NCBI GenBank assembly: GCA_040386535.1
Contig: JAZKFH010000034.1
Span: forward strand, 1-41,882
Length of the DNA: 41,882 nt
From: Myxococcota bacterium
Lineage (GTDB): Bacteria; Myxococcota_A; UBA796; SXON01
Reading direction: 5' to 3'
Shown here piece after piece: positions 1 to 8,281 of this stretch (positions within the stretch are counted from its first letter, which is position 1; each line of letters begins with the position of its first letter). The translations under genes were made by a program, and so were the position numbers. Under the pieces are notes generated by a model. It made no database searches. It was not told where the DNA came from and worked only from the letters and a program-made list of their open reading frames with translations.

Positions 1-205
1 CTGGAGAACGCTCGGAAGGGGCTCGGAATTCCCCTGAAGTGATCAAACGTCAGCCTTCAGCCCCCCTTGCGCGGAGGGCGTGGTTTCGCGCGCGACGGCC
101 GTATGGTTACTTGACGCCCGTTACCTCACCGAGGGACCTACGGATGAAACTTGAGACAGCCCTCGAACGGATCGAGGGAGCCCTCCCTGCGGACGTCGCC
201 GGCGC

Positions 206-403
206 GTGGCATTGGACTTCTCCCTGCCCTGCGAGGCGAGCGCAGAGTGCTCAACGGGCGTGTGCACTACGCTCTCGGACACAGGGGTTTCCAGGTGTTC
301 GATGGTCTGCGAGTCAGACTGCGACTGCCCAGGGTGGGAGGGCCGGGCCGTCCGTTGTGACGCGTCGGGTATCTGCACGAACACCACGGGAGAGGACGAC
401 TGA
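206..403 (+). CDS. Small Cys-rich protein or gene fragment (myxobacterial-type Cys repeat)
   Basis: 9 Cys in 65 aa (CEASAECSTGVC...CSMVCESDCDC...C...C). GTG start, no signal peptide, in-frame stop at 152-154; may be a remnant. Confidence 0.35.
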   Translation: MALDFSLPCEASAECSTGVCTTLSDTGVSRCSMVCESDCDCPGWEGRAVRCDASGICTNTTGEDD

Positions 404-462
404 CGCTGGCGCGGGACCCTCGTGCGCCGCGCGAGGAATCGGAAACCCCCAGCCCGGACTAG

Positions 463-699
463 TTACTCGCCGTCCTGGGGACCTGGCCCGCGGCCGCGTC
501 TCGCCTGTGCGACGCGATGGGCGGTTGCGGGCATGCCAGGATTCCCGGCCGCGGAGAGTCCAACGAAAAGCTCGGCGGTCCGTCGCGCTTGATCCTCGGT
601 GAGCCCCGCCTCCATGGTTTCTTCGAGCAGCTCGCGGATCGCCTCCTCCGGCATGCCGGTAGCGTTCGCGAGGGTGCGGATCCAGTGGTCGCGGGTCAT
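463..699 (-). CDS. Hypothetical protein, 78 aa
   Basis: ATG with GAGG about 10 nt upstream; helical, protein-like sequence (WIRTLANATGMPEEAIRELLEE). Confidence 0.5.
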   Translation of the reverse strand: MTRDHWIRTLANATGMPEEAIRELLEETMEAGLTEDQARRTAELFVGLSAAGNPGMPATAHRVAQARRGRGPGPQDGE

Positions 700-768
700 C
701 GTCGTCGTGCCTCACAGGAAGGGCGTGTAACGCAGGCAGCGAGGGCCGGACGTAGCACCACCCCGAGG

Positions 769-999
769 GCAGGTACCGCCTCGGTGGCCGCTGTGCGGCC
801 ACGGAGGCGACCCCTGTCGAGCAGGTATGGCCTTGGTGGCCGCTGTGCGGCCACGGAGGCGACCCCTGTCGAGCAGGTATGGCCTCGGTGGCCGCTGTGC
901 GGCCACGGAGGCGACCCCTGTCGAGCAGGTACCGCCTCGGTGGCCGCTGTGCGGCCACGGAGGCGACCCCTGTCGAGCAGGTATGGCCTTGGTGGCCGC
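769..999. repeat. 52-bp tandem palindromic repeat, about 4.4 copies (REP/BIME-like)
   Basis: Units start at 769, 821, 873, 925 and 977 (partial); unit GCAGGTA(CC/TG)GCCTYGGTGGCCGCTGTGCGGCCACGGAGGCGACCCCTGTCGA contains a GCCTCGGTGGCCGC-TGT-GCGGCCACGGAGGC stem-loop. Confidence 0.95.
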
Positions 1000-1296
1000 C
1001 GACGCGTGAACATGACCGCCACGCGGCCAACCGCGCTCCGCCGTCCGCGAGGAGGCCGTTGTGTCATCGTGCGAACGGATCGACACGATCAGGACCACCA
1101 CCCTCCCCGCGCCAAGGGCGCGGAGGGCAGCCGCCCCCGGCGGCTGGTCCGGCCGGGCGGGTGGGCGCCGCCAAACGGCGGGGATGCCGCTCGCCCGGCC
1201 GACCGAGCGGCTCCGCCGCGAGCCCGGAGCCGACCTGCCCGCGTCCGCGCGGGGCGCCCTCACGCCGACCGGAGCACCCCCCCGATCACGCCCTGA

Positions 1297-2178
1297 TCAG
1301 CCCCCCGCCTGCGTCGCGAGCACAATGATCGCGGCCGTGGTCCCGGCGAAGAGGATGAGCACAAACGTGCAGCCGCACGTGATGCCGAGGAAGCTCGCGA
1401 GGCTGCCGCGGCGCGTGCGGAGGCGGGACCCCAGGCCGCCCGGCGCGACGGGGCGCGCGGAGGCGGGGAGCGCGTCGACGGCGTGTGCGAACGCCACGAG
1501 GAGGCCGAGGAGCCGTTGGACCTCGTCGCGATCGAGGCGATCGAGGTCGAAGTAGCGCGCGGTAAACTTCACGGCGTCGGGCTCCACGTGCACCGTGCGG
1601 AGCGCGCCGTCGCCCTCCGCGAGCAGGCCGTCGAGGGCGGCGCGGGCGCGCGGGTCGGCTACGAGGCGGCGGGTCCAATCGCCGTCGAGGCCGATGGCGA
1701 CGCGATCCTCGTCGAGCGGCACGGTCACCCGGTCGGTCACGCGGACCGCGAACCGCTGCACCGCGCCGCCGCGCCCGACCCCGACCTCGGTGCGCGGCGC
1801 GCCCTCGACGTAGAGCTCGAGCTGCGGCCCCTTGGAGAACCATGCGTCCACCCGGCGCCCGCCCCGCTCCCCGGTCCACCCGCGGGCTACCGGCGCCAGC
1901 GCCCGCCCGGGGCCGATGTCGGCGAAGGCGCGGTCGAGCCGTGCGTTGTGACGCAGCGTCACGACGAGCATGCCTACGAACAGGACGGGCAGCAGCGTGC
2001 CGATCCACGTCCCGAGGGCCAGGGGCACCACGAACGCTTGCGCGTCGCGCGGCAGGTACGGGTAGAGCAGGCCGAACGCGACCGCCACGACCACGAGCCA
2101 ACCGATCGCGGCCGCCTGAATGCCGCACCCCACGAGCAGCCCGCGCCCCCAACTCGTCGCGATTCGTCGTCCAGCCAT
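1297..2178 (-). CDS. Hypothetical membrane protein (2 N-terminal and 1 C-terminal TM segments)
   Basis: Hydrophobic segments AAAIGWLVVVAVAFGLLY, LALGTWIGTLLPVLFVGMLVV and TFVLILFAGTTAAIIVLA. Start ATG 2178 (alternative 2196). Confidence 0.7.
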   Translation of the reverse strand: MAGRRIATSWGRGLLVGCGIQAAAIGWLVVVAVAFGLLYPYLPRDAQAFVVPLALGTWIGTLLPVLFVGMLVVTLRHNARLDRAFADIGPGRALAPVARGWTGERGGRRVDAWFSKGPQLELYVEGAPRTEVGVGRGGAVQRFAVRVTDRVTVPLDEDRVAIGLDGDWTRRLVADPRARAALDGLLAEGDGALRTVHVEPDAVKFTARYFDLDRLDRDEVQRLLGLLVAFAHAVDALPASARPVAPGGLGSRLRTRRGSLASFLGITCGCTFVLILFAGTTAAIIVLATQAGG

Positions 2179-2291
2179 GGCGCCCCCTCGCGTCATGGTA
2201 CCGCCAACGTGGACGGAGGAGCCGCGCGGTGCGAGCCAAGCTGGGCCGGCGCGCCCCTGTGGTATGGACCTGAGCATCTCCCCGGCGGACC

Positions 2292-2651
2292 ATGCTTCTC
2301 CTCCTCGTTTACGGCGCCCTCGCAGCCCCCCCGGTCGTCCACACCCCGGCGGGCGTTCACACCCAGGCCAGGGCGGGCGTGACCTACGCGAGCCTGGTCG
2401 CCTCCCGCGACCCGGTCGAGATCGGCAAGTTCACCCACGACAAGGCCGAGTGGCTCGTGAAATGTTGGGCGTTGGAGCCCAAGGGCACTGGGCTCGGGTG
2501 CGCGGTCTCCAACGGCGAGACCCGCCACGTCGCCACGTCGGTGGGGTACATCGGCGAGACGGAGAAGAACCTGAGCCTGCGTTTTCCCGGCAATGCATGG
2601 GGCGGAGGCACGGAGTTCAAGGTGGTCGTCGGGGGCGTGGCCGCGCGGTAG
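2292..2651 (+). CDS. Hypothetical secreted protein, 119 aa
   Basis: Signal-like N-terminus MLLLLVYGALA-AP; GC-rich third codon positions; two Cys. Confidence 0.7.
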   Translation: MLLLLVYGALAAPPVVHTPAGVHTQARAGVTYASLVASRDPVEIGKFTHDKAEWLVKCWALEPKGTGLGCAVSNGETRHVATSVGYIGETEKNLSLRFPGNAWGGGTEFKVVVGGVAAR

Positions 2652-2661
2652 CGGACCGGGC

Positions 2662-3279
2662 TCACCCGGAGCGCACCACCGGCGCCGGCAAGGTGACCCG
2701 AAAGCGGTCGATCTCCATCGCGGCGGGGCCCACGCGCAGCTCCGGAAATCCGTCCCCGGCGATGCGCGCGTCCCGCACCCGCGCGAGGCGGCCGCGCGCC
2801 GTGCCCGCGGGGGTGAACTGGAAGTGTTTGCCGTCGGCGAGCTGGTCGAAGCGCCGGAGCGCCGCGGGGAGCCAGCGCGCGGGGAGGGGGATGACCGGGC
2901 CGCGCCCCTCGACCGTGAGGACCGCGAACGGCGCGTCGGCGCCGGGGGCCGTGGCGCGGGCGGACCAGCGGCCGCCGTCCTCCTCCCACGCGAAGGTGGC
3001 GAGCTCCTTGGGGATCCCCCAGTTTCGCCGCCCCCAGACGAGGCTGTCGGGCGTCGACACCCGGATGGCCGTGATGGCGAGCGGGGGCGCGAGGCGCGGG
3101 ATCCACAACACCTCGTCGTAGGGGCCGACCGGCGAGCCGGTGTACCGCGCGAAGACGAGGAGCCCGACGCCGCCGTCGGGGGCACGCGCGAGGGTGGCGA
3201 CCGCGCGGCCCTCCAGGGTCCACGGCGGCGGCGCGAGGCGTGTGGGGGACGTGTCGGAGCTGTCGGGGAGGGCGGTCAT
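2662..3279 (-). CDS. Acetoacetate decarboxylase (ADC)-like family protein
   Basis: PPPWTLEG, RYTGSPVGPYDE and GRRNWGIPKELA (Schiff-base Lys in PK) motifs. ATG at 3279. Confidence 0.8.
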   Translation of the reverse strand: MTALPDSSDTSPTRLAPPPWTLEGRAVATLARAPDGGVGLLVFARYTGSPVGPYDEVLWIPRLAPPLAITAIRVSTPDSLVWGRRNWGIPKELATFAWEEDGGRWSARATAPGADAPFAVLTVEGRGPVIPLPARWLPAALRRFDQLADGKHFQFTPAGTARGRLARVRDARIAGDGFPELRVGPAAMEIDRFRVTLPAPVVRSG

Positions 3280-3320
3280 GCCTCGATCGTAGGGACGGCC
3301 GGTCCCCGCGTCCCGCCCAA

Positions 3321-4367
3321 TCAGATCCAGAACTCCGCCTCCCGCGTCTCCGGCTCCGGCGCGGCCTCCCCCGCCCGAGCCCGCTCGCGTAACAACTCGA
3401 TCCACTGGTGGTGCAAATCGGCCTCGGCGTGGTGGAAGGCCTCCTGCCCGTGCGCGCGCAGGTTGCCGCCCTGGAGCGCCATGATGTCGACGTCCTGCTC
3501 GATCACGCGCCGTGTGTAGAGGCCGAGCAGGGGTTGAAGGAGGCGGGTCAGCACCCGCGCGCCGAGGGAGAGGGGGCCCGGGCTATACGAAATGAGGGTG
3601 TAGACGCGGGTGTGGTCGGGCGTCTCGGGCGTACAGGTGCTGGTGATGACGAAGCCGCGCGCGCCGAAGTGGTAGTCGACCCGTGTGGTGTTCGGCATGT
3701 AGAAGCGGTCGGTGTGGACCATCGGCGCGCCGGTGGGGTTGAGCAGGCGGCCGGTGAAGCCGATCTGGTCGTCGGGTTGGTGGTACGTCACCAGCACGCT
3801 CGTCGCGGTGCGTTCGACGCTCATCCGTACCGGTCGGCGCGCCTCGCTCCGGAACCACCCCTTGTGGACGAACACCGTGTGGGGCACGTCCATGAAGTTC
3901 TCGACCAGCTGGGTGACACCGTTGTCGAAGGGGGTCACCATGTAGTAGGCGCGCCAGCCGGGGGTGTCCCAATACGGCATGGCGAACGGCTCGCCGTGGG
4001 CGGCACCGCGGCCCATCCACACCCACACGAGGCCGTAGCGCTCGACGACCGGCCACGACGGAATGGCGAGCGTGGGGACCGGGGCGTCCGCCGGTTGGGC
4101 GGGGATGCCGACGAGGCGGCCGGTGCCGTCGTAGGTCCACCCGTGGTACGGGCAGCCCAGCTTGCCATCGAAGCAGGCGCCGGCGGACAGAGGTGCGTTG
4201 CGATGGAGACAGCGGTCGGTGAGCGCCACGGCGCGGCCCTGGGCGTCTCGGAACAACACGATGCGCTCGCCGAGCACGACACGGCCCACCGGCGCGCGGG
4301 AGGTGAGCTCGGCGGTGGTCCCGGCGGCGTACCAATTCTCGGCGAGCTGTCCGCTCGTGTCGCGCAA
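3321..4367 (-). CDS. Rieske non-heme iron oxygenase alpha subunit (VanA/KshA-like)
   Basis: Rieske ligands CLHR...CPYHGW; mononuclear iron motif ENFMDVPHTVFVH; distal QD. TTG start at 4367 just downstream of AGGAGG. Confidence 0.92.
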   Translation of the reverse strand: MRDTSGQLAENWYAAGTTAELTSRAPVGRVVLGERIVLFRDAQGRAVALTDRCLHRNAPLSAGACFDGKLGCPYHGWTYDGTGRLVGIPAQPADAPVPTLAIPSWPVVERYGLVWVWMGRGAAHGEPFAMPYWDTPGWRAYYMVTPFDNGVTQLVENFMDVPHTVFVHKGWFRSEARRPVRMSVERTATSVLVTYHQPDDQIGFTGRLLNPTGAPMVHTDRFYMPNTTRVDYHFGARGFVITSTCTPETPDHTRVYTLISYSPGPLSLGARVLTRLLQPLLGLYTRRVIEQDVDIMALQGGNLRAHGQEAFHHAEADLHHQWIELLRERARAGEAAPEPETREAEFWI

Positions 4368-4404
4368 ACGGCCTCCTCTGCCGGCTTCGCGCCGGCTGTC
4401 CGAC

Positions 4405-5946
4405 CTACCGCGGCAGGAGCGCGCGGACCACGGCGGGCCGCGTCTCCAGCGCCAGGGGCTTCTGGTCGCCGAGGGTGAGCCCGGCGGCCTCGAGCGCCGC
4501 CTCCCAGCGCGCCCAGGCGTCGGGGACCACGCGCACCTCGGCGGGGGCGAGCTGGCCCAGGGCGCGGGCGTAGCCGTACTGGGCGCCGGCGCAGAGGGCG
4601 GTGTCGACGGTGGCGGAGGTGTGGGCGCCGGCACGGTCGAGGACCAGCACGTAGCCGAGCCCCCCACTGGCGATTGACGCGGGCAGCAGCATGGCGAAGC
4701 CGGGCGAGGGGCCCAGCGCCTCGGCCACGAACGCCGCGGTGAGCTTCTCGCCCACCAGATCGGAGCCGCGGTCGAGCCGGCCGCGCAGCCGCACGCGGGG
4801 GATCTGGCCGAGGTGGCCCACCACTTCGAGCTCGTCGGGCAACGCGTAGCGGAGGAATCCGTTTCCGGTGGTGAGCAGCGGCTGGTAGCGGCCGCCCACA
4901 CGCGCGGCGTCGGGCCACACCACGCGGCCGTCGGACAGGTCGCGCAATTCGAGCACGTGGGAGGTGACGGCGAGCACGCCGGCGCCGTCGTCGAAGGGGA
5001 GGGGGCCCAAAGGAAAGGAGACGACGCCCTCGGTTGCGAGCACGCCCTTGGGTTGGAACGCCACGCCGGGGAAGGGGGCGCGCATGGCGCCGACCTGGGC
5101 GGCGGCGAAGGCGTCACCCCAGGCGGAGATCACCATGAGGCGGGGCCACAACGTGGGCCCGTGCAGGTGCGTGCCGGTCCACGCGCGGGCCAGCCGGTCG
5201 GCCACGGCGGGCGACGTTGCGGCCAACGCGGCGCGGTTGGCCCCCATCCACTCCATCAGCCGGGTGAGGAACGTGGGGCTCCACACCGACACAAATCCGA
5301 GGTCGGCGCACGCGAGCAGGTGGCCCGCGGTGGCGTGGCGCCAGGCCTCGATGTCGGGGCTGGCCGCCACCGTGCCGGGCACCGCCATCAGCCGCGCGAT
5401 GACCTGGCGGGCGAGGGGGCCGAAGTACTCGGCGTCCACGTCGAAGCCGACGCGCATGCCGCCGGCGGTGGTCTCGGCACGCCGCACCGCGCGCGACACG
5501 GACCAGTAGCTGGGGCCGCCCAACAAGCCGGGCACCCGCCGGTGCAGATCGACCATCCACACGCCCACGGCCTCGGCGAATTCGGCGCGCAGCCGCGCGG
5601 TGTACGGCACGAGCTTCTCGGCGCCGGAGGAGCCGCCCGTACGTTCGAGCATCTCGACGGGCTCGGTCGTGAACACCGCCGGCTCCCCCGCCGCCACACG
5701 ATCGATCCACGGGCGCAGGGTGTCGTGGTCGACGATCGGCACCTCGCGCTGGAAGCGGTCGGGATCGTCCACGCGCTGCAAATCGATGGAGCGGCCGTAC
5801 GCGGACGGCGCCGCCAGCGCGACGAGCGTGCGCAGCTGCTGGTGTTGCGTGGCCCGGACCGCGGTGCTCGCGCGGCGGAAGCGCTGCCAGGCGGGCGCTT
5901 GGGACGCGAGCCAGCCGAGCTGGAGCACGCCGGTGACCAGCTTCAT
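4405..5946 (-). CDS. GH3 family acyl-adenylate/amido synthetase
   Basis: FQREVPIVDHD, P-loop TGGSSGAEKLVP, GVLATEG, YQPLLTTGNGFLRY..D, GRLDRGSDLVGEKL and C-terminal GDQKP. ATG at 5946. Confidence 0.88.
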   Translation of the reverse strand: MKLVTGVLQLGWLASQAPAWQRFRRASTAVRATQHQQLRTLVALAAPSAYGRSIDLQRVDDPDRFQREVPIVDHDTLRPWIDRVAAGEPAVFTTEPVEMLERTGGSSGAEKLVPYTARLRAEFAEAVGVWMVDLHRRVPGLLGGPSYWSVSRAVRRAETTAGGMRVGFDVDAEYFGPLARQVIARLMAVPGTVAASPDIEAWRHATAGHLLACADLGFVSVWSPTFLTRLMEWMGANRAALAATSPAVADRLARAWTGTHLHGPTLWPRLMVISAWGDAFAAAQVGAMRAPFPGVAFQPKGVLATEGVVSFPLGPLPFDDGAGVLAVTSHVLELRDLSDGRVVWPDAARVGGRYQPLLTTGNGFLRYALPDELEVVGHLGQIPRVRLRGRLDRGSDLVGEKLTAAFVAEALGPSPGFAMLLPASIASGGLGYVLVLDRAGAHTSATVDTALCAGAQYGYARALGQLAPAEVRVVPDAWARWEAALEAAGLTLGDQKPLALETRPAVVRALLPR

Positions 5947-6142
5947 CCGCCGCGGGCGATGTTGGTGAGCGCCACCCCCTCCGGTCACACGCCGGGACGC
6001 GGCTGTCCAACGGGGATCCACGAAGACCACGTCGCGATGAACGGGCCCGGTTCGCGGTGGAGACGCACGGTCGGAGCGGCGGGGCTGGTGGCCCTGAGGT
6101 CACGCGGGACTTTGGCAACCAACAACAGCACCGTCGGACCGT

Positions 6143-6286
6143 CCGAAGTCGATGGATGAGCACGCATCCCCCGAGCCCGGACGCTATATCCGCCCGAAGT
6201 CGTTGGGTGAGCACACATCCCCCGACCTTGAACGGTATATCCGGCCGAAGTCGATGGGTGAGCATCCATCCCCCGACCTCGGCCGG
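6143..6286. repeat. 51-bp imperfect palindromic tandem repeat, 3 copies
   Basis: CCGAAGTCG starts at 6143, 6194 and 6245; consensus CCGAAGTCGWTGGRTGAGCAYVCATCCCCCGA. The third copy forms a CCGGCCGAAGTCG...CGACCTCGGCCGG stem. Confidence 0.9.
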
Positions 6287-6321
6287 CATGCAGGCGCCGG
6301 GGGCGCCGCGATCCCGCGCAA

Positions 6322-7278
6322 TCAGAAATACCGCTTCTCGAGCGCCGCGAAGTCATCCGGAAACGGCTCCGGCGGCCGCCACATCAGGGCGTATCGGTAC
6401 CAGAGCGGCTGGGACTCCTTCCAATCGGTGTGGGCGTGCAGCTCCTGCCACGGCAGTGCCGGGTGGCGGTGGTGGGTGAGGTTGCAGTTGAAATTCAACC
6501 ACGCCAGCCGCACGGGCGTCGGGACGCGGAGGTTGTAGGCCCCCTCCACCACGTCGAGCGGGGTGCGCAGGTGGTAGATCCACTGGAGCACGGACCAGTG
6601 GTACGCGAACACCGCGTAGGCGAGCACGAGCGTCTGCCAGCGCCACGCCCCGGCGCCGAGGATCACGCCCCAGAACAGGAGCAGCCCCACCGTTTCCAGG
6701 CGCATGCGCGTCCAGTCGCGGGGGCCGAATTGGGCGAACGCGGCGGAGTAGGTGTTGAAGCGGGCGCGTGAGCGCAGCCAGGTGACCGACCGGTACGGAA
6801 TGAACAACGAGAGGATGGGGAACAGCACCCCGGTCAGCCACAACCCGCCCATGGTCGCGAAGTAGTACAGGAACACCTTGCCGAACGCGCCTTCGCCCGG
6901 ATGCACGAACTCCCCACGCTCCGCGCTGGTGCGGTTGCGCACGTGGTGGCCCCAGTGGTTGATGCGGTGCAGGGTGGCGGAGGTGACGAACATCGTGGAG
7001 TTCACGACGCCGATCGCATAGTTGACGGTCGGGTTCCGGTGCGCGTTCTTGTGGAAGTATTCGTGCATCAGCGTGAACACGCCTTGGAGCACCGCGCAGA
7101 ACACAAACAGGAGCGGCAGCGTCACCCAGACGGACGGGGAACGATCGAGCGCGGTGAGCAGGAACGCCCAGACGACGATCTGGGCCGCGCACACCGCGAG
7201 GTTCTGGCGGCCGTAGCGCCCGAGGCCGCGGTAGGTGGGCTCGATCGCCGGTAGTGGGCTCGCGGGCTCGAAGCTCAT
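6322..7278 (-). CDS. Membrane fatty acid desaturase family protein
   Basis: His boxes HEYFH, HWGHH and NLTHH(RHP); several TM helices. Confidence 0.88.
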   Translation of the reverse strand: MSFEPASPLPAIEPTYRGLGRYGRQNLAVCAAQIVVWAFLLTALDRSPSVWVTLPLLFVFCAVLQGVFTLMHEYFHKNAHRNPTVNYAIGVVNSTMFVTSATLHRINHWGHHVRNRTSAERGEFVHPGEGAFGKVFLYYFATMGGLWLTGVLFPILSLFIPYRSVTWLRSRARFNTYSAAFAQFGPRDWTRMRLETVGLLLFWGVILGAGAWRWQTLVLAYAVFAYHWSVLQWIYHLRTPLDVVEGAYNLRVPTPVRLAWLNFNCNLTHHRHPALPWQELHAHTDWKESQPLWYRYALMWRPPEPFPDDFAALEKRYF

Positions 7279-7345
7279 CGCCTGCGCCTATGCCGGGGCG
7301 GTCGGACGCGCCTCCAGGTTGCCCCGGAGCGGTTAGCCCGGCCCG

Positions 7346-8281
7346 GTGTGGAACCCGCTCGCCTTCGCCACCTACGCCGAGCGCTACCCGAACACGCCGG
7401 CGTTGCCGCCCGTCGCGGAGAGCCTCGGCGCCGCGTTCTCCGCGGCCTGGGCGTCTCCCTCGCTCGACGCCGACGTGGTGGCCGCCACCCGCGGCCTGCA
7501 CGTCGTGTTCCTGCGTGGTTTTCTCGGCAACTGGATGCCGGGCAACCTCGTGGCTCCCACCCGCGCCCTGCGCGCCCTGGGCGTCTCCACCACGCTCGCG
7601 GCCACCGACACCGGCGCAACGGTCGAGGCGAACGTCGCGCGGCTCGCCCGCTCCCTGCCCCGGAGCCTGCCGACGGAAGGACCGCTGCTGTTGTGTGGCC
7701 ACTCCAAGGGTGGCCTCGAGTGCCTGCACCTCGCCGACACCGTGGCGGCCGTCGGCGCCCGGGTGGTCGGTGTGCTGATGAGCCAGACCCCGCGGGGGCC
7801 CTCCGCGGTGCTGGAGAGCCTCCTCCTGCGCGCGCACGCCGAGAGCCTGGCCCGACCCCACCGCCGCGCCGCCGAGGCCCTCCAGCGCGCCGGGTTGCAC
7901 CTCGTCGGCGCCACATCCGGCGGCCGCCAGCTCACCGCGGGGCCCCTCGCCACGTTGCTCGCGACGATCGACAGGCCCCGCCCGTTCCCCGTGTGGCAGA
8001 CCGCGTCGTGGTCGAGCCAACCCACCGCCTGGCTCGACTCCTTCCACGAGCGCCTCGGCGAGATCCGCCCCGGCTGCGCCCACGACGGCCAATTCTACCT
8101 GGAGGATCTGGTGTGGCCCGGCCTGCCCCACCTCCTGCTGCCCCACCTCGACCACGCCCAGCCCGCCATGGGCGGATTCGGGTTCGACCACGTGCGGTAT
8201 TGGAAGGTGCTCATCACCCTCTTCGCAGCAACTTGCGTCGCCGCAGCTTGCGGAGGAGCCGCAACGGAAAGCCGAGGATGA
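7346..8281 (+). CDS. Alpha/beta hydrolase (lipase/esterase-like)
   Basis: VVFLRGFLG oxyanion region, GHSKGG nucleophile elbow, HDG (Asp) and LDH (His) triad candidates. Confidence 0.8.
   Translation: MWNPLAFATYAERYPNTPALPPVAESLGAAFSAAWASPSLDADVVAATRGLHVVFLRGFLGNWMPGNLVAPTRALRALGVSTTLAATDTGATVEANVARLARSLPRSLPTEGPLLLCGHSKGGLECLHLADTVAAVGARVVGVLMSQTPRGPSAVLESLLLRAHAESLARPHRRAAEALQRAGLHLVGATSGGRQLTAGPLATLLATIDRPRPFPVWQTASWSSQPTAWLDSFHERLGEIRPGCAHDGQFYLEDLVWPGLPHLLLPHLDHAQPAMGGFGFDHVRYWKVLITLFAATCVAAACGGAATESRG

Noticed and set aside
769..999. CRISPR array
   Set aside because: Units are contiguous and near-identical, with no unique spacers and no cas genes in the window.
314..1328. ORFs spanning the 52-bp repeat
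   Set aside because: Arg/Pro-rich translations of a non-triplet repeat; not protein-like.
4368..5117. N-terminal extension of the Rieske ORF (598 aa)
   Set aside because: It overlaps GH3 in another frame; the real start is the TTG at 4367 with an AGGAGG RBS.
6143..6289. CRISPR array or RiPP precursor (repeated VGGCVLTxRLR or PKSMGEHxSP peptides)
   Set aside because: There are no spacers. The 51-bp unit reads open in several frames by chance, the DNA palindromy explains the conservation better, and no RiPP maturases are adjacent.
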